Part shown: positions 1 to 8,932 of the stretch, one piece after another
How the letters are laid out: each line of letters begins with the position of its first letter
Position numbering within the stretch: the first letter of the stretch is position 1
The notes under the pieces: generated by a model
The model's input: only the letters and a program-made list of their open reading frames with translations
Databases searched by the model: none
What the model was told of the DNA's origin: nothing
Source: Phycisphaera sp.
GTDB taxonomy: Bacteria; Planctomycetota; Phycisphaerae; Phycisphaerales; UBA1924
DNA: 64,000 nucleotides
Assembly (NCBI GenBank): GCA_020639255.1
Contig: JACKGZ010000007.1
Location: forward strand, 125,573 to 189,572
Reading direction: 5' to 3'
Translations under genes and position numbers: made by a program

Positions 1-523
1 CGTGGAACGTGACACCCTTGTCGCGGCAGATGCGCCCGAGCTCGGCGACCGGGTGGATGACGCCCGTCTCGTTGTTGGCCCACTGCACGCTGACCAGGAT
101 CGTGCGCTCATCGATCAGCTTCTCGAGTGCGCCCGCGTCGATGCGTCCGCCCGGTGTCGTCGGGAGCCAGCGCGTCTCGACGCCCATGCGCTCGCCGACC
201 TGCTTGGCGAGGTAGCGCACCGCGGGGTGTTCCACGTGCGTGGTGATGATGTTGGGGTTCTCGACATCGCGATGCGTGACGACGGCCCCGTTCATCGCGG
301 TATGGATCGAGCACGTGCCGCAGCCGCAGAAGACCAGCTCTTTGGGCTGGGCGTTGATGAGCCTTGCGATCGAGGCGCGTCCGAGCTCGACGGCTCGCTT
401 GGCTGCCTGTCCCGCGCGATACATGCTCGACGGGTTGTGCCAGAGTTCGTCAACCGCCCTGATCATGGCGTCGCGACATCGGGCCGAGGGCATCGTGGTG
501 GCGTTGTTGTCGAGGTAGATCAT
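1..523 (-). CDS. Cysteine desulfurase, NifS/IscS-like class V PLP enzyme (N-terminal part only; gene continues off the left edge)
   Basis: Not on the ORF track because it runs off the window. Hand translation of the reverse strand from ATG 523-521 gives MIYLDNNATTMPSARCRDAMIRAVDELWHNPSSMYRAGQAAKRAVELGRASIARLINA...VSVQWANNETGVIHPVAELGRICRDKGV, the typical NifS/IscS N-terminal half. Confidence 0.8.
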   Translation of the reverse strand, partial: MIYLDNNATTMPSARCRDAMIRAVDELWHNPSSMYRAGQAAKRAVELGRASIARLINAQPKELVFCGCGTCSIHTAMNGAVVTHRDVENPNIITTHVEHPAVRYLAKQVGERMGVETRWLPTTPGGRIDAGALEKLIDERTILVSVQWANNETGVIHPVAELGRICRDKGVTFH

Positions 524-534
524 CGCCCCAATTG

Positions 535-1176
535 TTACTCGGATTCGGGGGTCCGCGAGCGTCTTGGGAGCAAGATTTCGGCGATGATCTGGGGCAGGCT
601 GCCGCTCTTGCCGGCCCGGTTCGTGTTGCTCACCCCCATCGCCTGCAGGACTCCGTAGCCAAGCGCCATATCGATGAGCATCCAGGCGATCATCTCAGCG
701 GAGAACCGCTCACGCACCTCGCCGGCCTTCTGAGCCGCCTCGACCTCTTCGACGAGAAACGCGTGCATCGCGTGAAAGTGCTCATCCACGGCCTTATGGA
801 TGACATCGTCGTCCGTCTCTGTAATCGATTGCAGGATGACCCGGTAGGCGTTGGCTTCCTCGTCGCCGAGGGCCACCATCGGGTTCTTCCCGAGCAGGAT
901 CTCAAGCCGATCGGCCGGGTTCTTGGCACGCGCGAGGCTCTCGTTCCAGATCTCGAGCGTGCGCTGGCCGGTCTGCTCGACGAGCGCGACGAAGAGATCG
1001 CGCTTGGACGCGAAGTGCCTGTAGATGATGGGCTCGGTGACGCCGGCAGCCTGGGCAAGCTGGGCGGTTGTGGTCCGCGCATATCCGAGCTCTGAAAACA
1101 GCTTGGACGCTGTCTGGAGCAGCTGGAGTCGGCGCTGGGCCGCGGGAAGTCGCTTTGATTGGCGGGCTTGGCTCAT
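535..1176 (-). CDS. TetR/AcrR family transcriptional regulator
   Basis: 213 aa ORF. N-terminal HTH reads RRLQLLQTASKLFSELGYARTTTAQLAQAAGVTEPIIYRHFASKRDLF, followed by a helical ligand domain. Confidence 0.85.
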   Translation of the reverse strand: MSQARQSKRLPAAQRRLQLLQTASKLFSELGYARTTTAQLAQAAGVTEPIIYRHFASKRDLFVALVEQTGQRTLEIWNESLARAKNPADRLEILLGKNPMVALGDEEANAYRVILQSITETDDDVIHKAVDEHFHAMHAFLVEEVEAAQKAGEVRERFSAEMIAWMLIDMALGYGVLQAMGVSNTNRAGKSGSLPQIIAEILLPRRSRTPESE

Positions 1177-1194
1177 CCGAAAGTCAGTGTACGC

Positions 1195-1461
1195 TCACTC
1201 TTTGCGCATTGCGTCATCTTTTGGCGCCGGAACCGGGTCATACCCGCCTTTGGCAAATGGATGACATCTGGCAATGCGTCTGACCGCCATGGCTGCACCC
1301 TTTGCAGCACCGTATTCCTTCAGCGCCTGGATCGCGTAATGACTGCACGTCGGGTGGTACCGGCATTGCCCACCCAGAAACGGGCTGAGCGTCGCTTGGT
1401 ACACGCGCACCAGCAGTATGAGAGGCCACGCAAAGAGCCTGCTCATCGGTCCGCGGCTCAC
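1195..1461 (-). CDS. yidD: Membrane protein insertion efficiency factor YidD
   Basis: 88 aa. [36 protein letters not shown]...[17 protein letters not shown] matches the conserved YidD core. 4-nt overlap with rnpA. Confidence 0.9.
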   Translation of the reverse strand: MSRGPMSRLFAWPLILLVRVYQATLSPFLGGQCRYHPTCSHYAIQALKEYGAAKGAAMAVRRIARCHPFAKGGYDPVPAPKDDAMRKE

Positions 1462-1871
1462 GAGGAATCATCCTGTGACTTCTTCGCGTGCCTGGAGATC
1501 CGAGCGAGCGTGCCCTCGAGCAAGCTCTGATAAGCCGCCGGTGTGCGGACGTCGTGAGGGCGGACGACGAGCACGATGTCCATCCCGGGTTGTTCATCGG
1601 GCCAGCTCGCCGCGAGGAACCGGAACGCATCCCGCAGACGCCGCTTGACGGCGTTGCGTTTGACCGCGTTGCCGACGCGACGCCCGACCGAGAGCCCGAG
1701 CCTCGGGTGGGGCAAGCCGTTCTCCAGCGCGAAGACCACGATCGGGCCGGCGGGCTTCTTCAGGCCCTTGTCGTAGACGAGGCTGAACTGCTCGCGGTGG
1801 ATGAGACGATGGCGGGCGCGGTAGACGGCCTTGCGCGGTTCGGGGTTCTCAGTGGGCAAGCCCGGGTTCAC
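1458..1871 (-). CDS. rnpA: Ribonuclease P protein component
   Basis: 137 aa, basic. [28 protein letters not shown] is the RnpA RNR-type motif. Position immediately upstream of yidD. Confidence 0.85.
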   Translation of the reverse strand: MNPGLPTENPEPRKAVYRARHRLIHREQFSLVYDKGLKKPAGPIVVFALENGLPHPRLGLSVGRRVGNAVKRNAVKRRLRDAFRFLAASWPDEQPGMDIVLVVRPHDVRTPAAYQSLLEGTLARISRHAKKSQDDSS

Positions 1872-2425
1872 GCGGGAACGGTAGCCGAAGGCTGGCGCGA
1901 AACACCTGTCCTGGAAGGCGTTCGTCTTCGTTTCCGCGAAGGCGGCAGCACTCCCAGCAGCAAACAGAGCCCGCCGCCAGCCAGAAACCAGAGTCGTGAA
2001 GGATCGCCTGTGGCGAGGTTGGCGAGCATCGAACGCTCGGTGCGGTGCCTGGGCTCGGCGGGCATCTCGGGCACGGGCGGCTCAAGCATGCCGAAGACCG
2101 AGGCACTCGCGCGTCCCGGATCAAGACTCAGCTCACCCAAGGGCCTCATGCCGTCGGGATACTGGTTGAGCTGGATCGCCTTCAGCTGAGCGATGAGCGC
2201 CGGCTGACGCTCATCGAGGGCTTCGAGATAGGCCCGGTGCTTGTCGAGCCGTGCGACGCGGTGGGTCTCGGTGACGAGCGCCCGGTCGCGGGCATAGCGG
2301 GCCTCTGTGAGTGCTTCGCTTGCGGGGATCAGGACCGCCGAGGCGATCATCCCCAGGCCCGCGATCAGGAAGAGCCACCCGGGATCGGGGCATCGGAGCA
2401 GGATGGGTCGAGACCTTGGGCGCAT
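1868..2425 (-). CDS. Hypothetical membrane protein (two hydrophobic segments flanking a coiled-coil-like region)
   Basis: ORF 1868-2530. I prefer the internal ATG at 2425-2423 (MRPRSRPILLRCPDPGWLFLIAGLGMIASAVLIP) because it avoids overlap with the divergent KS gene. 4-nt overlap with the rnpA start. No recognisable family. Confidence 0.45.
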   Translation of the reverse strand: MRPRSRPILLRCPDPGWLFLIAGLGMIASAVLIPASEALTEARYARDRALVTETHRVARLDKHRAYLEALDERQPALIAQLKAIQLNQYPDGMRPLGELSLDPGRASASVFGMLEPPVPEMPAEPRHRTERSMLANLATGDPSRLWFLAGGGLCLLLGVLPPSRKRRRTPSRTGVSRQPSATVPA

Positions 2426-2520
2426 GCCGTGTTCGTATCGGTCTGTTTCGTCGTACGGGTCCAAACGGGGAACAGTGGGCCCTCGGATCGGGTTGTGAGG
2501 GCGTAGGATCGGGCTCAACC

Positions 2521-3882
2521 ATGCGACCACGATGTGTCATCACGGGAATCGGAGCCGTCTCGGCGGCGGGCATCGGGATCGAACAGACCTGGGACAGCCT
2601 CTGTTCGGGTCGATCCGGGATCGCGCCGATTTCGGCATTCGATGCGACGACGAGCCCGCACCCCTTCGGCGGCGAAGCCAAGAAAGAGGACCAGCTCGTC
2701 AGCGCCCGCGACTACGTCCCCAAGCACTACCGCAAGGCAACCAAAGTCATGGCGCGCGACACCGAGCTCGCGGTCGTGGCGGCCTCGCTCGCGGCGGCCG
2801 ACGCGGGGCTTGTGACGCGCGAGGCGGGTGAGGACGCAGCGCTGACGTACCCATCGAGCCGCGTCGGGTGCCACATCGGCGCGGGCTTCATCGCGGCCGA
2901 GACGGAAGAGCTGACCAGCGCACTCGTCACAGCCAAGGACGACAAGGGCGATTTCTCGCTCGAGAAGTGGGGCGAGGTCGGGATCGGGAATCTCCAGCCG
3001 TTGTGGCTCCTCAAGTACCTGCCCAACATGCTGGCGTGCCACGTCACCATCATCCATGGCTGCGAGGGCCCCTCGAACACGATCACATGCTCGGAGGCGA
3101 GCGGGCTGCTCTCGCTGGGCGAGTCGGTCCGGATCATCGAGCGTGGCGATGCGACCGCGTGTTTCTCGGGCGGCATCGAGAACAAGACCAATCCGATGGG
3201 CGTGACGCGCATGGGCATGCTCGGGCGCTTCGCGGAGCTCGACGGCGGCATCGATGAACCTTGGAGGCATGTCCGCCCGTACGACGACTCGGTGTGTGGC
3301 GGCGTGCCAGGCGAGGGCGGCGGCATCGTCGTACTCGAAGAGAAATCCGCCGCCGAAGCGCGCGGAGCAAGGGTGTACGCCGAGGTCGCGGGTATCGGCA
3401 GCGCCCAGTCGCAACCGGGGGCGCTGGGGATCTGCCATGAGGTGAGCACCTGTGGCGGACCGGGCGGCGACGCCGACGAAGGACTCGCCGACGCGATCGA
3501 GGCGGCGCTCCGTGACGCGAAAATTGGCCCCGACGACATCGATGCGATTGTGCCCGCGGCGATGTGCGTGAGCACGCTCGATCGCGCCGAATTGGGCGGC
3601 CTCGAACGAGTCTTCGGTGCTCGACTCCCAGAAATCCCTCTGGTGACACTCACGCCCTTTGTCGGACAGCTGTTTTCCGGTGCCGGGGCCTTTGCGATGG
3701 CGGTGGGGGCCAAGGCGGTATCCGAGCAGCAGCTGCCCGCACGGCTGCACGGCGGCTGGCCCGAAGCACGGGCTGGCGCGGGAGCCTCAGAGAGCGTTGA
3801 CGCGGAACTGATGAATGTGCTTGTATGCACGGGTTCGCTTTCGGGGCAGGCCGCGGCGGTGGTGCTCAGGCGAGCCGACTAG
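2521..3882 (+). CDS. Beta-ketoacyl synthase-like protein lacking both catalytic His residues (Cys retained)
   Basis: Start chosen at ATG 2521 (MRPRCVITGIGAVSAAGIG). Thiolase-fold KS similarity throughout. ITCSEAS aligns with the active-site Cys. The His positions read VPAAMCVS and FVGQL when aligned to the downstream paralogue. Confidence 0.8.
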   Translation: MRPRCVITGIGAVSAAGIGIEQTWDSLCSGRSGIAPISAFDATTSPHPFGGEAKKEDQLVSARDYVPKHYRKATKVMARDTELAVVAASLAAADAGLVTREAGEDAALTYPSSRVGCHIGAGFIAAETEELTSALVTAKDDKGDFSLEKWGEVGIGNLQPLWLLKYLPNMLACHVTIIHGCEGPSNTITCSEASGLLSLGESVRIIERGDATACFSGGIENKTNPMGVTRMGMLGRFAELDGGIDEPWRHVRPYDDSVCGGVPGEGGGIVVLEEKSAAEARGARVYAEVAGIGSAQSQPGALGICHEVSTCGGPGGDADEGLADAIEAALRDAKIGPDDIDAIVPAAMCVSTLDRAELGGLERVFGARLPEIPLVTLTPFVGQLFSGAGAFAMAVGAKAVSEQQLPARLHGGWPEARAGAGASESVDAELMNVLVCTGSLSGQAAAVVLRRAD

Positions 3883-3959
3883 GATGTACGAACCCGCTGT
3901 CCGGCAAGGACGAGCGGAACAACACGGATCTCCAGAAACCAAGACAGGAGCAACCAGCA

Positions 3960-4457
3960 ATGGATCACGATCACGGCAACCGTCGGCGCGGCCTCCCGCT
4001 CTCCGAACTCGACCCCGCGCTCACCGAGAAGAGCCGCAAGGTCATCGGCGGCGCGATCGAGGTACACAAGGCGCTCGGCCCGGGCTTTAGCCGCGAGATC
4101 TACATGAACGCGCTCAAGATCGAGCTCGAAGCCGCCGGCCTCGACTACGAGATGGACGCCGAGTTCGAGGTCGTCTACAAGGACAACGACCTGGGCGGCG
4201 TGTCGATCGACTGCTTCGTCGAGGAACGCTTCGCCGTCGAGATCCTGGCCCGCCCGGGTCAGATCGGCTCGCTCGAACGCCTCGCGCTCCGCTCGAAGCT
4301 CCGGGCGGCCGACGTCGAGCTCGGGCTGATCATCAACTTCTCCGAGCGCCGCCTGAAGGACGGGCTCGTCCGCGTCCTGAACCCGGACAAGCTCAACCTC
4401 AACCGTGACGATCACGAGGGCGACGACGAGGAGTACGAGGACGGCGACGAGGAGTGA
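3960..4457 (+). CDS. GxxExxY family protein (PD-(D/E)XK nuclease-like fold) with acidic C-terminal tail
   Basis: Internal ATG 3960. VIGGAIEVHKALGPGFSREIYMNALKIELEAAGLDYE...DCFVEERFAVEI...LIINF is the typical GxxExxY family pattern. The stop overlaps the GTG of the next gene. Confidence 0.75.
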   Translation: MDHDHGNRRRGLPLSELDPALTEKSRKVIGGAIEVHKALGPGFSREIYMNALKIELEAAGLDYEMDAEFEVVYKDNDLGGVSIDCFVEERFAVEILARPGQIGSLERLALRSKLRAADVELGLIINFSERRLKDGLVRVLNPDKLNLNRDDHEGDDEEYEDGDEE

Positions 4458-5818
4458 GCACCACGCGCGTGGTCATCACGGGCGCCGGCTGGGTCACGCC
4501 GCTCGGCGACGATCTCGACGCCGTCTGGGAGCGGATGCTTCGCGGCGAGAGCGCTATCCGACCGGTCGAGCATTTCGACGCGCGCACATTCGCGACCAAC
4601 TTCGCCTCGCAGGTCTCTGGGTTCGAGCTCGCCAAATTCCTCGGTCCGCGCGCCGAGCGTCATGAGTGCGGCAGCTTCGCCACGCGCTTTGCGCTGGCGG
4701 CGGCGATCCGCGCGTGGGAGAGCGCCGGCTTCGGCCCGGCGATGATCGAGCCCGGCGCGCCACGCAAGAGCGATGCGTTCGATCCCAAGCGCTTCGGCGT
4801 CTATCTCGGCTCGGGCGAGGGGCGTGTCGACTTCGAGAACTTTGTGCGCTCGAACTATCAGGGCTGGGACGACGAAACCCGCCGGATCGATTTCAGGCGC
4901 TGGATGCCCGCCGCTGCGCGGAATCTCATCCCCGCGCGTGAGCTCGAGCAGGAGCCGGCGATGTGCATCGCGCACGTCTCGGCCGAACTCGGGTGTCGCG
5001 GGCCGGTCTCCAACTGCATGACCGCCTGCGCCGCCAGCACCCAGGCCGTGGGCGAGGCGTTCGAGCTGATCCGGCGCGGCGACGCGGACGTGATGCTCGC
5101 CGGCGGCGCGCACTCGATGATCCACCCGCTCGGCATGACGGGCTTCATCCGCCTGACCGCAATGAGCAAGCGCAACGACGACCCCGCGACGGCGTGCCGG
5201 CCCTTCGACGCAACGCGCGACGGCTTCGTGATGGGCGAGGGCGCGGGGATGGTCATCCTCGAATCGCTCGAGCACGCCCAGAAGCGAGGCGCGAACATCA
5301 TCGCCGAGGTCGCAGGCTTCGGTTCGAGCGCCGACGCCTACCGCATCACCGACATTCATCCCGAGGGCGCGGGGGCGGCGGCCGCGATGCGAAGGGCGCT
5401 CGAACAGGCGGGCATCGACCCGTCGAGCAAGGACGCCAGCGGTCGCCCGGCGGTGCACTGGATCAACGCGCACGGCACCGGCACCAAAGAGAACGACAAG
5501 ACCGAGACCGCGGGCGTCAAGCGCGTCTTCGGCGAGCTCGCGCCCAAGGTGCCGTTCTCTAGCGTCAAGAGCATGCTGGGCCACCTGATCCAGGCCGCAG
5601 GCGCGGTCGAGCTGATCACGTGCCTGCAGGCGATCAAGACGGGCATCATCCCGCCGACAGCGAACCTGAACAACCCCGACCCGGACTGCGATCTCGATCA
5701 CGTGCCCGGCACGCCGCGCGACTGCACGGGCGTGGGCGGCGTGGACGTGTGCCTGTCCAACAGCTTCGGCTTCGGCGGGCAGAACAACACGATCTGCGTC
5801 AGGCGGTTCGCGGGCTGA
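4454..5818 (+). CDS. fabF: Beta-ketoacyl-ACP synthase II family protein (complete Cys-His-His triad)
   Basis: 454 aa. RVVITGAGWVTPLG, MTACAASTQA, WINAHGTGTKENDKTE, SVKSMLGHLIQAAGAVE, NSFGFGGQN. Confidence 0.9.
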   Translation: MSTTRVVITGAGWVTPLGDDLDAVWERMLRGESAIRPVEHFDARTFATNFASQVSGFELAKFLGPRAERHECGSFATRFALAAAIRAWESAGFGPAMIEPGAPRKSDAFDPKRFGVYLGSGEGRVDFENFVRSNYQGWDDETRRIDFRRWMPAAARNLIPARELEQEPAMCIAHVSAELGCRGPVSNCMTACAASTQAVGEAFELIRRGDADVMLAGGAHSMIHPLGMTGFIRLTAMSKRNDDPATACRPFDATRDGFVMGEGAGMVILESLEHAQKRGANIIAEVAGFGSSADAYRITDIHPEGAGAAAAMRRALEQAGIDPSSKDASGRPAVHWINAHGTGTKENDKTETAGVKRVFGELAPKVPFSSVKSMLGHLIQAAGAVELITCLQAIKTGIIPPTANLNNPDPDCDLDHVPGTPRDCTGVGGVDVCLSNSFGFGGQNNTICVRRFAG

Positions 5819-6668
5819 TCACGGCGCCGCACTCGGGGCACTTGTCTGTAATGCCGGCAAGGTCGTAGCCGCAAACGAGACACTTGCCTCTGGATAGCAC
5901 ACGCTGCCGACGTGTCAGGATGGCATGCATACTCAAGCATCCGAGCATCGTTACCAAGAGGTGCGTGCTCAGCAGCAATCCTCCGAGGTAGAGCCGGTTG
6001 GGGAACATCCCGCCGTAGGAATCAGGAATCTCGCTTTCGTACTTCCACCAGCCCACGTAGGACAGGCTGAGCAATACGGACGCGACAATTCCGAAGTAGA
6101 TCGTGAGATTCAGGACAACCTTGGGCCTGCGAAGACGTGCAGCGGCAATCAACACCGTAAGAAGTAAGAGAATAGCAAGCACAACCATCGGCCACAGTGT
6201 CATGTCTGAGACATCCCACCAGGGTCGTGAAACGAAAAGAGTATTGACCATCATCCCTGGGTATGTGCTTCGGATTCTGGCGTCGTGCTCTGCGAAAGTT
6301 ACCTCGAAGAAGCCCTGGCTCAATCTCAATGTTGTGTGAGCAACGGCGATACTGGTCAAGATAGCGAAGGTGAGCGTGGTGGATTTCAAAAGGGCATGGC
6401 GTCGATTCAAGCTCCCCGATGCAATGACGCACAGCCACGAGAAGATTGAAAAGGCAATCATGGCCAAGGCAGTCGCCTTGTTGCCCTTGGCAGACCACAG
6501 AAAGTAAATATCAGAAAACCGATACTGCGATATCTCAGAGAATGACATGCCAAATTCGATCTGCATGTACACGTAGATTGAACCAAGGACAGAAACAGTG
6601 ACGATCCCGCAAAGCCATATGGCAACCACTAAAGCCAAGATAACGATGTAGCGTTGCGTCGATTTCAT
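5799..6668 (-). CDS. Multi-pass membrane protein with C-terminal CxxC...CPECG zinc ribbon; AT-rich codon usage
   Basis: 289 aa with several hydrophobic helices. C-terminus reads KCLVCGYDLAGITDKCPECGAV. 8 of the first 23 codons end in A/T, versus 3 of 23 for glyQS. Confidence 0.7.
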   Translation of the reverse strand: MKSTQRYIVILALVVAIWLCGIVTVSVLGSIYVYMQIEFGMSFSEISQYRFSDIYFLWSAKGNKATALAMIAFSIFSWLCVIASGSLNRRHALLKSTTLTFAILTSIAVAHTTLRLSQGFFEVTFAEHDARIRSTYPGMMVNTLFVSRPWWDVSDMTLWPMVVLAILLLLTVLIAAARLRRPKVVLNLTIYFGIVASVLLSLSYVGWWKYESEIPDSYGGMFPNRLYLGGLLLSTHLLVTMLGCLSMHAILTRRQRVLSRGKCLVCGYDLAGITDKCPECGAVISPRTA

Positions 6669-6676
6669 GTCGTTAT

Positions 6677-7978
6677 TTACTCGATCCCATCCTTTGCGGC
6701 CCTCTCCATCAGCTCCGCGAAGCGGTCCACCTCCTCGATCGTCGAGTACACGCTCGGGCTGACGCGGATGCCCTCAAACTGCTCGTGCTTGATAGTGACG
6801 GTCAGGATCTTGTGCTCGCCCCAGAGCCAGCCCTGGAGCTTGCCCGTGTCGATGCCTTCGATGGCGACGTTGGCGATGCCGCCCGCGACGCCGGGCTTGA
6901 GGCTCGTGTTGAGGCGGAAGCGGTCCTGCCCCGCCAGGCGCTTGGCCCAGCGATCACGGAGAAAGACCATCCGCGCAAGCTTGCGGGCGCTGCCGATGCC
7001 CTCGTGGAAGGTCAGCGCCTCGGCGATCGCGAGCGTGTTGGCCGCCGGGTGCGTGCCGATCTCCTCGAACTTGCGGATGTCGTCCGTCTGCGTCTCGGCA
7101 GCGGGCATCATGGGCCAGGTCTCGGCAATGCGTGATTTTTTGACATAGAGCAGGCCCGTGCCGTGGGGCGCAAAGAGCCACTTGTGCAGGCTTGTGCCGA
7201 AGTAGTCGCAGTTCAGGTCGCTCAGCTTGAAGTCGACGTGCGCGAAGCTGTGCGCGCCGTCGACGATGACGGGGATGTTGTGTTTCGCCGCCATGTCGCA
7301 GACCCGGCGCACGGGCAGGATCTGGCCCGTCAGGTTGATCACGTGGCACATCAGGATCACGCGAGTGTTCGGCGTGATGGCTTCTTCAAACAATCGCACG
7401 ACCTCGTCGTCGCTCTCGGCGGGCACGGGGATGGCGATCTTGGTCAGCTTGATGCCCTCGCGCCGCTCGCGCTGGTTGAAGGTCGTGAGCATCCGCCCAT
7501 AGTCCTGCGTCGTGGTCAGCACCTCGTCGCCCGACTTGAGGTCGATCCCGAGCTGGCAGATCTGCAGCGACTCGCTCGCGTTGCGGGTGAGCGCGATCTC
7601 CTCGGCGTCGACACCCCACGCGCGGGCCAGACGCTCGCGGACGGTCTCCTTGCGGGGCTCCTGAATCTGCCACAGATGGTGCGGCGGCAGCCTGTTGGAA
7701 AAATCGAGATGCTGCTTCATGGCCTCCTGCACCCATTGGGGTGCGGGGGAGACGCCGCCGTTGTTGAAGTTGATGACCGAGCGGTCGACGGTGAAGGCCT
7801 GCTGGACGCGGGCCCAGTAGCTCTCGTCGCGGGCGATCTCGTCGGGCTCGCCCGCGACTCGTGACAGCTCGGCCGCGATCGACTGTGCCCGCGCGCCGAA
7901 GGCCAGCACGGCATTGGCCGAGACGGCTCCCATCCCCATCGCCCCAAGAAACGCCCGGCGTGACGTGCTGCTAATCAT
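6677..7978 (-). CDS. Class V aminotransferase-fold PLP enzyme with twin-arginine signal peptide
   Basis: 433 aa. The N-terminus SRRAFLGAMGMGAVSANAVLAFGARA is Tat-like. SLHKWLFAPHGTGLLYV is the PLP-lysine motif of class V enzymes (isopenicillin-N epimerase / cysteine desulfurase-like). Confidence 0.85.
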   Translation of the reverse strand: MISSTSRRAFLGAMGMGAVSANAVLAFGARAQSIAAELSRVAGEPDEIARDESYWARVQQAFTVDRSVINFNNGGVSPAPQWVQEAMKQHLDFSNRLPPHHLWQIQEPRKETVRERLARAWGVDAEEIALTRNASESLQICQLGIDLKSGDEVLTTTQDYGRMLTTFNQRERREGIKLTKIAIPVPAESDDEVVRLFEEAITPNTRVILMCHVINLTGQILPVRRVCDMAAKHNIPVIVDGAHSFAHVDFKLSDLNCDYFGTSLHKWLFAPHGTGLLYVKKSRIAETWPMMPAAETQTDDIRKFEEIGTHPAANTLAIAEALTFHEGIGSARKLARMVFLRDRWAKRLAGQDRFRLNTSLKPGVAGGIANVAIEGIDTGKLQGWLWGEHKILTVTIKHEQFEGIRVSPSVYSTIEEVDRFAELMERAAKDGIE

Positions 7979-8073
7979 GTCTCGATCTCCAGAATGCGGT
8001 TTGTGGGCAGCCTACCAGACCATCCGGGGGATTCGGATGAACCGGGGCGGGGCCTGCCGATAGGAAGAGAGCG

Positions 8074-8754
8074 ATGGCGGAGCAGAAACCGAGCTTGAAT
8101 CCGATCCGTTGGGTCTCCCGTGGGGTGACGGCTGCCGTCGTCGTGGCGGCGGGGCTCTTCGGGTACTCGCTCCTGCGGGCGGATCTGGCGGCCGACGTCT
8201 ACCTCGATCGGCTCCAGGAGCTCGCGGGCGACTACGAGGACCTCCGCGGCACGTTCAATGAGGCGATCTCCAAGACCGCCGTCACCGAGCTCGTCGTCGA
8301 AGAGGGCAAGCTCTCGGTCCGCGTGCGCAACGCCGCGGGCGTGGTGGACGAGCTCGAAACGCCCTACGACCCCTCGGGCGAGATCTACGTCGACTTCGTG
8401 GTGGTCGACGGTCGGCTCCTGATTCGTCGCCTGTTCGACGAGCACACGCGCCCGGCAGACGCGATGGTCGTCGACGCGGCGCTGGTCGATGTCGACTGGG
8501 ACGCGCCGGGTGTGCAGGTCGGCAAGGCCGTCTACCGCTCGCTCGGCGAGGGGCTGTGGGTGATCACCGTGACGGCCAACGGCTCGCTCGATCTCGTGAA
8601 GTCCGACTACTCGAGCGCTGAGTCGCTCGTGACGTCGCCCCCCGTGCGCGACTATGAGGCGATCGAGGAAGACGCCAGGACCGAGATCGACAAGATCGGG
8701 CCGGGCGATGTCGTCCGCCGCGTCTTTTTCGGCAAGCCCGCGCAGGGCGACTGA
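8074..8754 (+). CDS. Hypothetical membrane-anchored protein
   Basis: 226 aa with a single N-terminal TM (VTAAVVVAAGLFGYSLL). GC-rich third codon positions. No family recognised. Confidence 0.6.
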   Translation: MAEQKPSLNPIRWVSRGVTAAVVVAAGLFGYSLLRADLAADVYLDRLQELAGDYEDLRGTFNEAISKTAVTELVVEEGKLSVRVRNAAGVVDELETPYDPSGEIYVDFVVVDGRLLIRRLFDEHTRPADAMVVDAALVDVDWDAPGVQVGKAVYRSLGEGLWVITVTANGSLDLVKSDYSSAESLVTSPPVRDYEAIEEDARTEIDKIGPGDVVRRVFFGKPAQGD

Positions 8755-8932
8755 ACCGTAGCTTTCCCAAGAATCCCGGACCGCTGTGTCGTGATGCGCA
8801 ACCGCGCTGCGGATATCTCTGTGAGCCGGGCGAAGGGGATCCGGCAAACAAGGACAACACGACGCAGGTACAAGCCGCGGTGGGGGACGCCGCGAGCGCC
8901 GGCGATCGCCGCAGACAGACAGGAGCTCAGAT

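Noticed and set aside
1849-2124. Search for rpmH (L34) upstream of rnpA among the small minus-strand ORFs
   Set aside because: No frame gives the short, very basic MKRTxQPS-type L34 sequence. The listed ORFs are overlapping shadows of 1868-2425.
5799-6668. AT-rich genes (also 38827-39399) as mobile elements or genomic islands
   Set aside because: There is no integrase, transposase, flanking direct or inverted repeat, or tRNA target. Each anomaly is a single gene, so they are reported as compositional oddities only.
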